Below, in pieces: positions 37,333 to 49,675 of a stretch of 64,000 nt of DNA. A program made the translations under genes and the position numbers. The stretch spans positions 310,001-374,000 of the forward strand of contig BDGG01000001.1 in NCBI GenBank assembly GCA_001949185.1, written 5' to 3'. The notes beneath the pieces are model-generated. The model was not told the DNA's origin. It was given only the letters and a program-made list of their open reading frames with translations, and searched no databases. The stretch is from Ramazzottius varieornatus (Eukaryota; Animalia; Tardigrada). Numbering within the stretch: the stretch's first letter is position 1; every line of letters starts with the position of its first letter.

Positions 37333-38269
37333 TTACCCCAAACCGTCGCTGACTTCGGAAATGCGCAAGCGTTTCATTAGCCGGCGAAGGCAATCTTCCA
37401 CCCATTGCAGCTGATCCGAGGGATAGGGCCAGGCCACTTTCTTCCAGCTATCGAACGTCGGATCGAAGAAAGCGAAGTCGCCGGCCAAGCCACATGTTAA
37501 TTTCGTGGTCGGCAACGTCTTGATCAAAGTTCCATGAGAAGCGGGATCCCAAGCGTAGCTGTACAGATCCCAGTCCATCTGCAGATTGCTGAGAATCACC
37601 GACCGCCCCGCGCCCAACTTCGGCCCACATCCCAGCGATCCCGAGAAACAATCCGCGTCACGTATGTCTCTCAAAATGTGTCCGCGGTTATAGAGCAGGT
37701 TGTCCAATATGACAAGCTGAATCTGACTGTGGTAAGTAAGATAAACAGGCAGACAATTTCCTGACTTGGGATAAAAAGTACACTCTTTGAGTACTCTTTC
37801 TCCAAAGCCATGAATACCGCCAGAATCAATCAAGATGCTTCTGGTATGCGGCGTAATTTGCCGAGGTGTGATGTTCAGTCTGTTGTAGGGGATACTGTAC
37901 GATCGTTGGCTTGTGCTTTTCGGCAGAAGCGCTTCCACATTTTCAGATCTCTTGGTCGTAACAAGGAAACCGACGTCAGTTTTGCTCCTTTGTCCCGCAA
38001 CAGGTGGTCCCAGCTTTTGCAAACCCTGTTACAGTATGTCACACAATGAATATGCGTCAACAGTACGCAGGGGTATACCGATTCTGGAATTCTTACCTTC
38101 GGTATCCGAAGCGTTGTAGAGTGGTGAAATGCCGAAAAATATCCAACGCTAGGTCGAAGTGGATATCGGCCCATTGAGCCGTGAACTCTGTGCTCTCTCC
38201 CACAGCATTCCCCGTCAAGCCAGACCCGACCGTCTTTCGACGTTTTGCCTCTGGCAATGGGAACTCCAT
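37333..38269 (-). pseudogene. F-box domain protein, frameshifted
   Basis: The spliced WADIHFDLALDIFRHFTTLQRFGYR|RVCKSWDHLL fits the F-box consensus. That frame stops at 37875 while coding-like sequence continues in another frame to 37333. Confidence 0.55.
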
Positions 38270-38651
38270 ATCCACGAAGCAGCTGGGAGAACCGAAACCT
38301 CCGGGAGCAAATCACCAAGATGAAGTCTCTGTGGAACCAAAGCCCAGAGTCGAACAAGCGACGAGTGTGCGATACTCGAGTGTGGCACAGAAAGAATCGA
38401 GCAATCAATGGGAACAGTCAGAAGTTAGGTCAAGCCGGTTTGATCACGAGACCATCGTACGTTCCCGAGGATGGGTGAGGCTGGGGAGATCGCGTTTTTG
38501 AGCCTAAAGGCTGGCAAGAGCCGCAAGCGGGCCTAGCAAGGCTAGCAGAATCTAAACCAATGTATGGTGCATTTTAATAGAAACCAATGCGTTCTCACAG
38601 AAAGCGTGATGCAAATGAGTCTCGATTTCGATTCTCTATTGGTCTGATCAG

Positions 38652-38814
38652 CCAAGGACGTATTGAGGTCCCTAAAAGGTCCGCAATTTGGCCCTTTTTC
38701 TACGATGTTGCCTGTCAGGACCGTGCCCCGCACAACCCGGACTGACATTCCCTGAAAACTTCGTAGAAGAAGGGTCAAATTGCGGACTTTTTAGGGACCT
38801 CAATACATTCTTGG
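38652..38814. mobile_element. MITE / long hairpin with ~50-bp TIRs
   Basis: CCAAGGACGTATTGAGGTCCCTAAAAGGTCCGCAATTTG... is the inverted complement of ...CAAATTGCGGACTTTTTAGGGACCTCAATACATTCTTGG. No clear TSD. Confidence 0.75.
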
Positions 38815-38829
38815 TTTTGCAGTCTGCAT

Positions 38830-41800
38830 CAGAGCTGCGGAGTTTTTTTTGGCCAGCGGGACACCCGCTCAGTTTTCCCGCTCCGCTCAGTTATTTTAAC
38901 TGAGCGGAACAATAACTGGGAAGGCCCCAGCGGAACTGTAACTGAGCGGGCATTAGTCTTAGCGTAGCGGAGCGAGAAACTGTCTGTGGCGGAACTGGAG
39001 AGCGCCGTGACGCCGTAAAAATACGTTCAATATTAGGTTCACCCTGTGCGCGTTTTGTCCCTAGCTAGCGAGTAGATAGTAGATACTATGCATTCAGAAC
39101 GATTTAATGTTACATAAGGGGTGACTAAGCGTTTTATGATTGGTAGGCCCTTCTGTCATACTGATTGCCTGATTACTTTCACAGTTCGGGCTCTACTGAT
39201 AAACAGTTCTTGGTTTTCCACTTTTCCCCTACAATTAGCTTTCCGCAGCAATTGTTTTGCCTTCTTGGTGATTGTGTTACTCTTCCTTTCAGTCCAGTGC
39301 TCCTCACGGAATACGGACATGCCTGGCGAAGCGGTGGTGGTGGTGATCGACAGTGATGATTCTCCAGAAATCGAAGTGGAATCCACGAAGAAAGTGACCG
39401 CCAAGGAGCTGAAGAAGCTTGCAGATGCGAGAGTGGCTAACGACTTCTTCACGGCCTTTTATAATAACCCGTTGACGGAAAGATCCTTAAAGACCGGTCG
39501 TAAGATTACTCTACATAAAGGGCGCTGCAAACTGTGTCGGAAAGAGAAAGTTGTATGCAGTCAAGAGGGCTACAGCAACTTCAAAAATCATGTGATTAAT
39601 GAACATTACAAAGAAACAGTAAGTTTACAATACGTTGATTGATTTCTCATAATCTCTTTTTTGAAATTTAAATTTATCAGACTGCTCCAATCTCAACTTT
39701 GATAGTTGAACGTCTCTTTTGCAGGATTTTGTAACTTTTGCCGCAGAACGATCCTAGAAAGAGGATTCCTCGACAAAGACGAAAATCGATGGACTTCTAG
39801 AACCGAAGAAGCCAGCCTACCCAAGGAATCATCCGAAGCAACGTTTACTCGACCTGAATGTAGCTCGGATTCAAGTGGAGACTCTAATTTGCCCTGACAT
39901 TCTCGGACACAGTTCATTTGACCGAGCGATAAAAGGAGCGGATTCCGCTCTAAACGTATTTTTCAACAGGATAAAATTAGAAATTACTTCATTATCACAT
40001 ACGTTCCACTTGCGCTGATGATCAAATAAACTACTTTTATTTAGTGGCCTAAAAGGGACACCATCACCGGGCGCCTTTTACCAAGCATCTACAAGAAGTT
40101 AGAAACGAAAGTACTGGACCTTCTAAAGAGTGCCACTGCCATTGCAATCAATTGCGATATCTGGAGCAGCAAGCGTCAGAGAGGATACTTCGGAGTTAGT
40201 GCGCATTATATCGACGAAAATTTCAAGCCTCAACATGTCCTTTTAGCCTGCCCGAGATTCAGTGGAATTCACAGCGCCGATCAAATATTGGATTTGACTG
40301 TGGAGGTGTTAACAAAGTTTGAAATTGAAAACAAGGTTTGATCTACATTGGAACAGACAACGGAGCAAACATTGTTAATGCTTTCAAAGATTGGTTTCCT
40401 GGATTTATCGACCTCCATGATCCAAACAAATTTGGTAAGTCGTCAAACTCTAATCAAGAAACTGTTTAACTGCATTCTTAGTAAATAATAAGAGCTGTTG
40501 ATTTTACAGAATAAATTCACTTTAGTTTGATGTTATATCTAGTGATTTTTTTGTCGTGTTTACAGATACTGATATGGAAGATGTCTTTCATCGGGTCATT
40601 TACGGTGACGAGGAGCTTAAACTGGAGCCGATAGATGCCGAAGACCTCGACACGAGCAGTCCTCTGGCAGAAGAAGTGGCCGAGAAGTTGATACAGCGAT
40701 ACGAACTGATGCCGACCGAAAAATCTTGGTAGTTCGGGCTGATCTTTCTAAAATTAATTTAATTCGTTGCATTTTAATCCGTATCTCTACATTCACGGCA
40801 AATATATTTTTGTAATATGGAGTCCATGTTTTAGGTAAGGTGTGTTGCTCACACACTGCAGCTCTGCCTGAAGACACCTGTTGAAAACTCAGTCGAAAAG
40901 CTCAGTCGAAAAGCTCGCGTCGGTTGTGGCAAAGCTGAAGAAGTCAACTCAAGGCACTGAATATGTGGAAAAGGAGCTGGGAATGGCACTGAAAGCACGT
41001 TGCGCCACTCGATGGAACAGCAATTTTATCATGGCTGAGCGAGCCATAAAGTTAGACTGGACGGCAGCTGGCCTCGATCTCAAACACAGGCTGAGTCGCG
41101 AGCACCAAAATATTCTCGAGGACTTTGTTGAAATGACAAGACCTTTTGAAGAAGCCTTTGAAACACTGCAGCGAAACGGAGTGCCTGCTATTTGCCAAGT
41201 TCTTCCGTTGATATACGGCCTTCGCATATTCCTTCAGGGAATGCTCGATGGTGATCAGTTCTTAATTCTTCACGGCTACGCGGAGGAACTTTTGAAACAG
41301 CTAAATGTCGGATTTTCGTCGCTTGAGAACGACGACTTGTTTTTGGCAGCAGCGTTTCTGGACCCGGCTATCAAATTTAGTTTTACTCATGGAGCAGAAA
41401 ATCCGGAAGCCGTGAAGAGCAGAACACAAGCCATCGTGCTGGAAATGATGCGACGTGTCGAGCTAACAAGACCACCACCAGAATTCCGAAGCGAAGAACC
41501 CAAAGTGAAGCGTTCGAAGCTCTTTAGCTTCATGGACAAAGAACCTCGTTCCTCAGTTTCCTCGCGAAGAGACTATTTCGGCAGTCAGTGTCGAAACGGA
41601 GTTTCAGCTGTATCTGGATTCCAGATGGGATGAGATTAATCCTCTTGAATTCTACGCCAAGAAAGAAAATCAAGATATTTTCAAGCGACTTACAGTTATC
41701 GCTAAACAAGTTTTGTGCGCTACTGCGGCAACTGCCGGTATTGAAAGAACTTTTAGTATTTCCGGTCAGATTTTCCGTGATAGACTCAACCAGTGATCTG

Positions 41801-42018
41801 AATTTTGAAATGCTATTGTTTTGTAATGTTAATTCTGATCTCCCTACCGCACTTCTCGGTCGACGTATACTATCCCTTGATGAATAAATCGCGAAAGTTA
41901 TATGATTGTTGTGCGGCTTTGTCAAACTGAACTTAACTGAGCGGCCAACTGAGCGGGCCGGGAGGCAAAAACTCTCAGCGGAAATCTGAGCTTGCTTTCC
42001 GAAAACTCCGCACGACTG
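38830..42018 (+). mobile_element. Full-length hAT transposon with a defective, intron-containing transposase (about 39319-41887)
   Basis: TIRs CAGAGCTGCGGAGTTTT and AAAACTCCGCACGACTG, an 8-bp TSD GTCTGCAT/GTCCGCAT and CTGAGCGG subterminal repeats. Protein motifs: BED finger (CKLC...NFKNHVINEH), CDIWSS, TDNGAN, CCSHTLQLC, TRWNS, FLDP and ATAGIERTFS. Carries stops and frameshifts. Confidence 0.93.
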
Positions 42019-42937
42019 GTCCGCATTCTAAACCGGATTTTGCGGCCTGAAACAGATGGGAAACCGTCTTAGAATACTACGGATTTTGGCCGGTGATCGA
42101 CAGGCCTCGCGAGGCTCCCGGATTTTCGTGCTGTTTTACAGTCAGAACCGCAGCCTATCGAGGCTAGAGATCTGGATGAGGAGACAGGCTGGGTCTCGTC
42201 AGCCTAATAGTAATGGGTCGATCCGCCCCTGATTCTAACACGGCCGTGAATCAATGTCGTGTTTGCGATTACCGAGTGGCAGAGGGGAAAATCGTGCAAT
42301 CAATGGGGACAGTTACATGGAAAGCAAAACCAACTGGCCGCAATCACATCATCGTGCAAAGCAGCGTCGTACACTGCGTAACCTGTTATGATACATACTT
42401 GACTGACCACCAGACTACAGCCTGGGACGTAAAGCGGGTACTCAACGCTTTCGACCGGAAGTCTTTCTTGTTGCGATGTTGGGAAGATCGTTAAGATTTA
42501 AGAGCAACACCTGGCAACACTTTTCCCCCAAGGATGCCCACTCTGCTGCTGTTGGGCCCTTTGGTCTTCAACCTTTTCTCACAAGCGTTTGTGTCTGTTG
42601 CAGTCTGACTTTCTGGTTTGGGTGTATTCGCCGACCTGTCTCACCTAAGTTTGTATCTTGGGCCACTTGACTCACCCTCTTCATTCAATTGTCTCCCTTT
42701 CTGTTCTGAGAAGGATGTCCTCATTCCAGTCCTGGGCCTTTTAATTCTACCCAGACGGTGTCGAGTTGCATAATCCCCCTCGTTGTTTGATTTCTCTGAG
42801 ACGCACGAACATTCGCTTCTGTCGTCGATGTCTGCCTTTGGTTTTCTACCGTGATTTCATCAGGTATCCTCCGGCCTGTTGGTTGATTCTCAGTTGGATT
42901 TTGGAGTCATCTATCGGACCGCTTTCTGTTTTCAGGA

Positions 42938-45029
42938 ATGAAGAAGCTGCTCTTAAGTCGGAATAAAGCGTCACCCGAAGATATTCCCGCGGTCGAAAGG
43001 AAGCCCGAACCGCTGCCGGATTTCCGTCAAGCTGCCTTCTCGAGCTGTCGCCACTTCTTGGAAGACGATAGTCTAGACTCCTCCAGCCGTTTCACCCCTT
43101 CCAGAAAACCTGTAAGTCTGTCCAGAGAGCCCACGGTGCTCACCACGAATTTTCGACCGAATTTAATCCATGAGATGCCACATTGATAATCTCGAATAAC
43201 TGAAAATTCTCCTGACTTTCTCATTTGCTCCTTCTGTCGATGCTCTGTTCACGGTAGTCTTCGGATACTGGACGTTGTTGTTTGTAGAAGCTTCACGAGA
43301 TGTTTCCAAGTCCGTGTTCGATGGTCGATTACGATTCGGACACTTTCTTCCCTTCGTCGCCATCAGTCGCAGCCGTTACGCCGGCTAAGCCTGCTGTCCT
43401 CCTTCCTGCAAACCCGACAACACCTCCAGCAGAGCCTGTCCAGATCACACCTATCCCGCAGAAGATGAAGAAGGTGCGGAGGAAGAAGCGCAGTCGGATT
43501 CTGCCGGACGGAGTGACGCTGGAACAGCTGGCTGCCTTCAGCGCTTCAACGTCGACACCTCCGGAATGGGCTGCGCACTTTAAGAAGGCTGACTTCGGCA
43601 CCGACTACACTCTCCGGCCACGCACGGAACGTCCTCGCTATGATCTGCAGTCGGAGGAAGCAGTGGTCGACACCCCAGGATGCCAGAATCGGAAGAAACC
43701 AAAACTCAAGGTTGGGGAAAACTGCTCAAGTGATTTTTGATTAGATATCACCTATCGGCTGTGGTTGATTGGTCGATTGTAAGTATATCTTTGTGGTGAA
43801 TCAACCAATCAACTGACGGTGTGACCGGAAGTGCGAAAGCCCGTGGTAGTTCGGTAATGTTGCACCATTCGCGTCTCGATGTCATGTCATATTATGTATC
43901 GATACCTGATCACAGATCGTCCACCAAACCTTGGTTTTCTTTCCGCAGGATGGTTTGGTGTCACCGAAGCCAACGACGAAAAGAAGAGCTGTATACTCGA
44001 GAGGCCCAGGAAGGAAAGTGCAGCGGACCACCTCAAGTGAACGAGCAGAAGAAGACGTCAGAGCCAGGCTGGAACTCCCCGCCAAGATGCAGAAGCTCAT
44101 TTCCGCTGCCAGCTTGGCCAACGGTGTCCACTGCATTTGCTCGTCCTCCCTAGACATTGGTCCGCAGATCGAGTGCGAGAAGTGCGGGTTGTGGCAGCAC
44201 ATGTTCTGTATGAATATGTTCGGCAAGGACACCGATGGCTACGTTTGCAATCACTGCAACCAAAGCCTGGCCAAGAAGCCATACAACCCGGAAGAAGCGC
44301 TGAAAGCCTTTTCTGCTTACGCCTCATCCTTGCCGGTCACAAGTAAGAAAAGAAATGCTCTTGCCTTGGTTTTCAGTACGGTTTCAGAAGTTGGAGTATT
44401 GAAGAAACAACTAAGGAAATTTTCTCCATTCAGGGCCGTGCTCACTGAGCATCGCGCAACGGCTCCGAATGTGGGCACGGCCTTGAACGTACCACTGTAC
44501 GATAAAAATGACAAAACTGTGGGTTTTGAACATAGAAGCAATACTGTAGGAAGCTGTTTTAATTTCAGAGGACGAGAAGGACGAGCAGGAGGACAAGCCG
44601 AAGGAGTTAAAAGACCAGAAAGTCCTCATCAACGAAGCGAAGGTGGAGAAAGTCGACAAGGTGCTCATCTCGAAGGCTCCCAAGCGAGCGTTGAGCAACC
44701 TTCGAAGGAAGCCCGGTCGTCCAGCCAGAACCGACTCTCTCCTAAAGACCAAGTCCATCCCCAGTGTTCTCCGAGGAGCTTCGGTGGAAACAGCCATGAC
44801 TAGTGAACCTGAAACACCTCCCGTCATGAAGGAACGAATATCCTACGGACGGTCGGACGAAGCCGCGCCGGAAACGTTCAACCAAGTTTTTGAATTGAAA
44901 AAACAGATAAACTTGAAGATTGTTCAGAAGAGAAATAAGTCTCCTCTTCTCACTGCCAATCCTTTACCAGAGTTTAATTCGATTGTGATAGACAAGGAAA
45001 GTTCACACCCCCCGAAAAATGTTAGTTGA
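42938..45029 (+). CDS. PHD-finger chromatin protein with AT-hook-like motifs, multi-exon; 5' end uncertain
   Basis: VHCICSSSLDIGPQIECEKCGLWQHMFCMNM...YVCNHC (C4HC3), RKPGRP, and basic NLS-like runs. Confidence 0.75.
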
Positions 45030-45076
45030 GAATCAGTATTCTTTTGTTGAGCTTTTTCTGGAAGTTGTCTTTTCCG

Positions 45077-48000
45077 TTACTTGTTGGTTTTACGACGTAG
45101 GTACTTTTTTGTTTCTTCTCTCAAATAGCCTCGTTTTTTCATACGAAGAATAAAACTGTCGACGTTGTAAAAGCCACTGAAACGATACTTCATCAGTCTG
45201 TCTTCGTCGTCTTCGCGGTTGTCCATGACGTCGTCCAGGCTGAGCTCCCGAGGCACCATCTGGTTGACGATGGTGTTGCGGTGATCTTAGTGGCCGTGGA
45301 TAGCTTCAGGTGATTCTTTGGGGTCCACTTCGTCGTCGATCCGCTCTTCGATGCTTTCCACCTCGCCGACCAGCTTGTCGATGACGGATTCTTTAGAGAA
45401 GAGGACGGCCAGAACTTCGCCTTCATCTAGATCTGGACCTTCTTGCGCTGCTTGAGCTAGCTTGATCACCTCTTCGATACTCTCCGCTCGTGAAACGAAG
45501 TTCGTTTTCCTGGAGAATACAGAAAACGACCTTTGATACTACTCGGAAAAGTGGTCTGAAGCTAGCCAACCGGAAACCAAGTGCCTCCGGGTACAAAACA
45601 GGAGCGCGCCCACACGTTACGGGCACAGCCCTGATCAGTCGGAGGTTGAGTGTTTTCGCTCTCAGGGCCGTGCCTTCAAGACAGTAATGACACAGCCCTG
45701 AAGAATTCGCGCCATTTGCTCTCGTTCAGGCTGTGCTCATGGTGTGACGGTATTCGAGCACATCCTTGGATGGGAAAATACAAGCTGAAACAAACGTACG
45801 GTTTTTCGCGGAGAGGTTTGATAGTGCTCCTTCGGACCTTGCCAGGAATACTTTGTTGGAAGAGCATGCGATGAGGATTCTTCTCCGAATCTTTCGCTTC
45901 TCCCTGTGTGATCAAGCCTGTCAGGATCATCGGGTTCTTGGCTTTATACAGCGCTTGCTGTTGCGAAATCTTCAGGCTGTACGTCGCTTGAAACATTTCT
46001 TTCCTGATCTCTTTCACTGCATTCTCAAGGTCCTTCAGTTTCTTGTTCCACTGCTGCGCCTTGGCTTCCGCGTCCTGTCTCAAATTCTTCACCGTCTCCA
46101 CCGCTTGTTCACACTTCGAAGCCACATGCTCCAAGTCCTGCTCCATAAAGGCACTGACAGGTTTCACTTTGTTCTTCTCAGCCACTTCTTTCCACGCTGC
46201 ATCCAGAAGAACCTTCGCTTGCTCCTGTTGAGCTTTCGTTTCGACGATTCTGTATTTCAACCGCACCATCTGTTCTTCGAAGCTTATGTCTTCTATCTTC
46301 AACCAATCCTCCATTTCAGCCTTACTCAAACCTAGCCTGAATATCGTGGCTTCCTCGTCTTCAATTTCGTTCTGTATGACCATGTTCTTGTCGTTGATGA
46401 CCTGAGTTTCGTTGATCAACGCCGTGATCTTCTCTTCTGTTGCAGCGATCAACCCATCCAGTCGTTCGGCTTCGGGTACGTTGCTGCTTTCCCTCAGTCT
46501 TTTATCGAGGCGGCTCTTTTCTTCCACCTCGAAGTGGAGTAGGCGGATACTGGCGCGAAGGTCATCAATGCTTTTGGTTTTCTGTTCCATCTCATGGATG
46601 AATTTCGTCTTTAGGGTTTCTTTGAACGTTTCCATGTCGTCACCCCGTTTCTGTTGTTCCTTCAAGTAATGGATTTTGAGCTGACGCATGGCCACTTCTA
46701 GCCGTTGTCGTCGAAGCAGTTGCATAACTAAACACAGGCCACTGTACCAAAAATAAATTCGGCAACGAAACGGAATCTGTCGGTCATTATCAGTGGGTAT
46801 TAACTTTTCCGTTGGCCTCGGTACCGGTGTATGTTTTTTATAAATTCTACATTGATGCGATTTGCCATTTCTTCTACCTCGAATTCTGTGGGTCTCTTCC
46901 GATTGCATATCGTCCATCTTTTTCCTTATGACTTCCTGCAGCTGTTCCCACTTGACTCGAACCTTTTCCTGGAGTAGTTTACCGCTTTCTTCAGGAGCTA
47001 TCCGCACGAGTTCTCCGAGACACTGATTGGTCCGTAAAAGTTTGTTGAAGAACCCAACGTTCTATCAAACAACGTCCATCTCCAACCAAAGTACAGTACA
47101 CGCGTCTGGCCTAAATGTAGGGAGGACAAAAATATGGGAANNNNNNNNNNNNNNNNNNNNNNNNNNNNNNNNNNNNNNNNNNNNNNNNNNNNNNNNNNNN
47201 NNNNNNNNNNNNNNNNNNNNNNNNNNNNNNNNNNNNNNNNNNNNNNNNNNNNNNNNNNNNNNNNNNNNNNNNNNNNNNNNNNNNNNNNNNNNNNNNNNNN
47301 NNNNNNNNNNNNNNNNNNNNNNNNNNNNNNNNNNNNNNNNNNNNNNNNNNNNNNNNNNNNNNNNNNNNNNNNNNNNNNNNNNNNNNNNNNNNNNNNNNNN
47401 NNNNNNNNNNNNNNNNNNNNNNNNNNNNNNNNNNNNNNNNNNNNNNNNNNNNNNNNNNNNNNNNNNNNNNNNNNNNNNNNNNNNNNNNNNNNNNNNNNNN
47501 NNNNNNNNNNNNNNNNNNNNNNNNNNNNNNNNNNNNNNNNNNNNNNNNNNNNNNNNNNNNNNNNNNNNNNNNNNNNNNNNNNNNNNNNNNNNNNNNNNNN
47601 NNNNNNNNNNNNNNNNNNNNNNNNNNNNNNNNNNNNNNNNNNNNNNNNNNNNNNNNNNNNNNNNNNNNNNNNNNNNNNNNNNNNNNNNNNNNNNNNNNNN
47701 NNNNNNNNNNNNNNNNNNNNNNNNNNNNNNNNNNNNNNNNNNNNNNNNNNNNNNNNNNNNNNNNNNNNNNNNNNNNNNNNNNNNNNNNNNNNNNNNNNNN
47801 NNNNNNNNNNNNNNNNNNNNNNNNNNNNNNNNNNNNNNNNNNNNNNNNNNNNNNNNNNNNNNNNNNNNNNNNNNNNNNNNNNNNNNNNNNNNNNNNNNNN
47901 NNNNNNNNNNNNNNNNNNNNNNNNNNNNNNNNNNNNNNNNNNNNNNNNNNNNNNNNNNNNNNNNNNNNNNNNNNNNNNNNNNNNNNNNNNNNNNNNNNNN

Positions 48001-49461
48001 NNNNNNNNNNNNNNNNNNNNNNNNNNNNNNNNNNNNNNNNNNNNNNNNNNNNNNNNNNNNNNNNNNNNNNNNNNNNNNNNNNNNNNNNNNNNNNCACTTC
48101 CTCGGCCCTGATGGTTCTCAGTTGGTTGATGACCTCCAGATGATGCTCAATGGCGTTCTTCACCCGGCTGACATCATTCTCCAGCTCTTCCTGGTTCTTC
48201 AACTCGACGTCCAACTGCCCTTGCAACTTCTTAGCTTCCTCGGTGACAATGGCCAGCCGCCGTTGGTACAGTGTCTGCTCTTCGTCGGCCATTTCCTTGT
48301 ACAGATCCTTACTGGCTTTGAACATGAGCTTACTGAACTCGTACTTCCTTGAAACCGTCAACCGTCTCTCATACAAGGCTTTCTCCTCCACGTCACGACA
48401 GAAGGCCATGTACTGTAGCTGGTGCTCCGTGAAATCGTCCGTGTATTCCAGCTCGACGGCGACGCGGGCGTCAGTCTCGTAGACCTCGTTGTCGACTTGG
48501 CGTTCGTGTAGCCGGTATGACTCCATGTTAGCCTGAAGCTGATTGCTGGCTTCGTCGACGGCTTGCTTAATTTCCTCCAGGTTGTCTTGTGCATCTGTCC
48601 GCTTTTCGTTGACAAAGACCACTGCCTCCTTCTCTTTCTGGACTTGCTCGGCGTGGTCGTTGATGAACTTTCTCAAGGTGTGGAATCGTGTGCTCTCAGG
48701 GAGGTCATATTCCACCAGTCCAGCGCAGATCAGATCCAACAGTTTATTTCTAGAGTATCGTATGCAAGCACACGTTATTGCATGAGTGGGGGCGAGGTTC
48801 TTTCGCTAAAAGTTTTCGCCGGTTGCAAATATCATAAGAATAGAACAATCCCGTTATAGCTGTCGGTGTGATCTACTGTATTATGATTTGTAACGGTAAT
48901 CAATGACGATCGGACTATGCAGTCCGCTAATTTTTTACAGTCTTTTTACGATCTGGATTGTTTGCAGTATATACCGGTTGGACTGTACCCGAGCTGGATA
49001 TTCCGTTGCAAGACCTCGCGCATTTTGACATGTCCGACCATATCTCCAATGGTCTTTTCCACTGTAGTTCTACTGGGTTTTCTCGGATCATGCTTGGGTA
49101 CGAAATGGTGCTTGCGATTGAGCTCCTCGAAAGTATCCAACACAACCTCGCGGAGGATAGTTGTGTCTAGCGAGCTCGACAAATCTTCTTGCTATGTCAA
49201 ACCACACCCAGAATTCAACGTCCACTTTGCAGTAATACGTAGATCATAGAACGACCCATAAAATTCATGACTCACCCGTCTCCATTCTCCTTCGTCCGGA
49301 TGACGAAAAGGTAACAGCCATTTCAATTTGGCAACCGCTTGCTGAAACGCTCCTTCGATAATAACCATCTCCACCAACGATATCGCATTGTCGTCTCGTA
49401 GTCCCGCATTAAGCGACGCACCGAGACCTGCCTTATGCGGAGCGAACAAAGACTTAATCAT
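45077..49461 (-). CDS. Long coiled-coil protein, tentatively DRC9/IQCG-like axonemal component; spans an N gap
   Basis: Long E/K/Q-rich heptad ORFs at 48739-48095 and 47007-45676. The N-terminal ISLVEMVIIEGAFQQAVAKLKWLLP and LVEYDLPESTRFHTL resemble DRC9. An in-frame TAA at 45287-45289 precedes about 70 more coding-like codons. Confidence 0.5.
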
Positions 49462-49675
49462 GCTTTTGCTTTTGTTAGACGAAGGCTTGGTCGATCCGCC
49501 ATCCGCTGTGGAAATTTCAACTGCCACATGCTTCACCAAATAAAATCAAAAAAAAGTTGCTAAGTACAGATCGTACTACATCACAGTACTTTCTTAGACA
49601 TGATGAAAACCCAGCTAAGAGTATATCTTGATAAAAACCAGCTGTCAAATTTTGGCGGGAGTAAGAAAGGAAACA

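Noticed and set aside
42213-42494. ORF with two CxxC pairs upstream of the PHD gene
   Set aside because: It could not be linked by splicing or assigned to a zinc-finger family.
47027-48352. Long ORFs of 325-542 aa in the ORF track
   Set aside because: Their length is inflated by the N gap at 47141-48094. Only the minus-strand flanks are coding.
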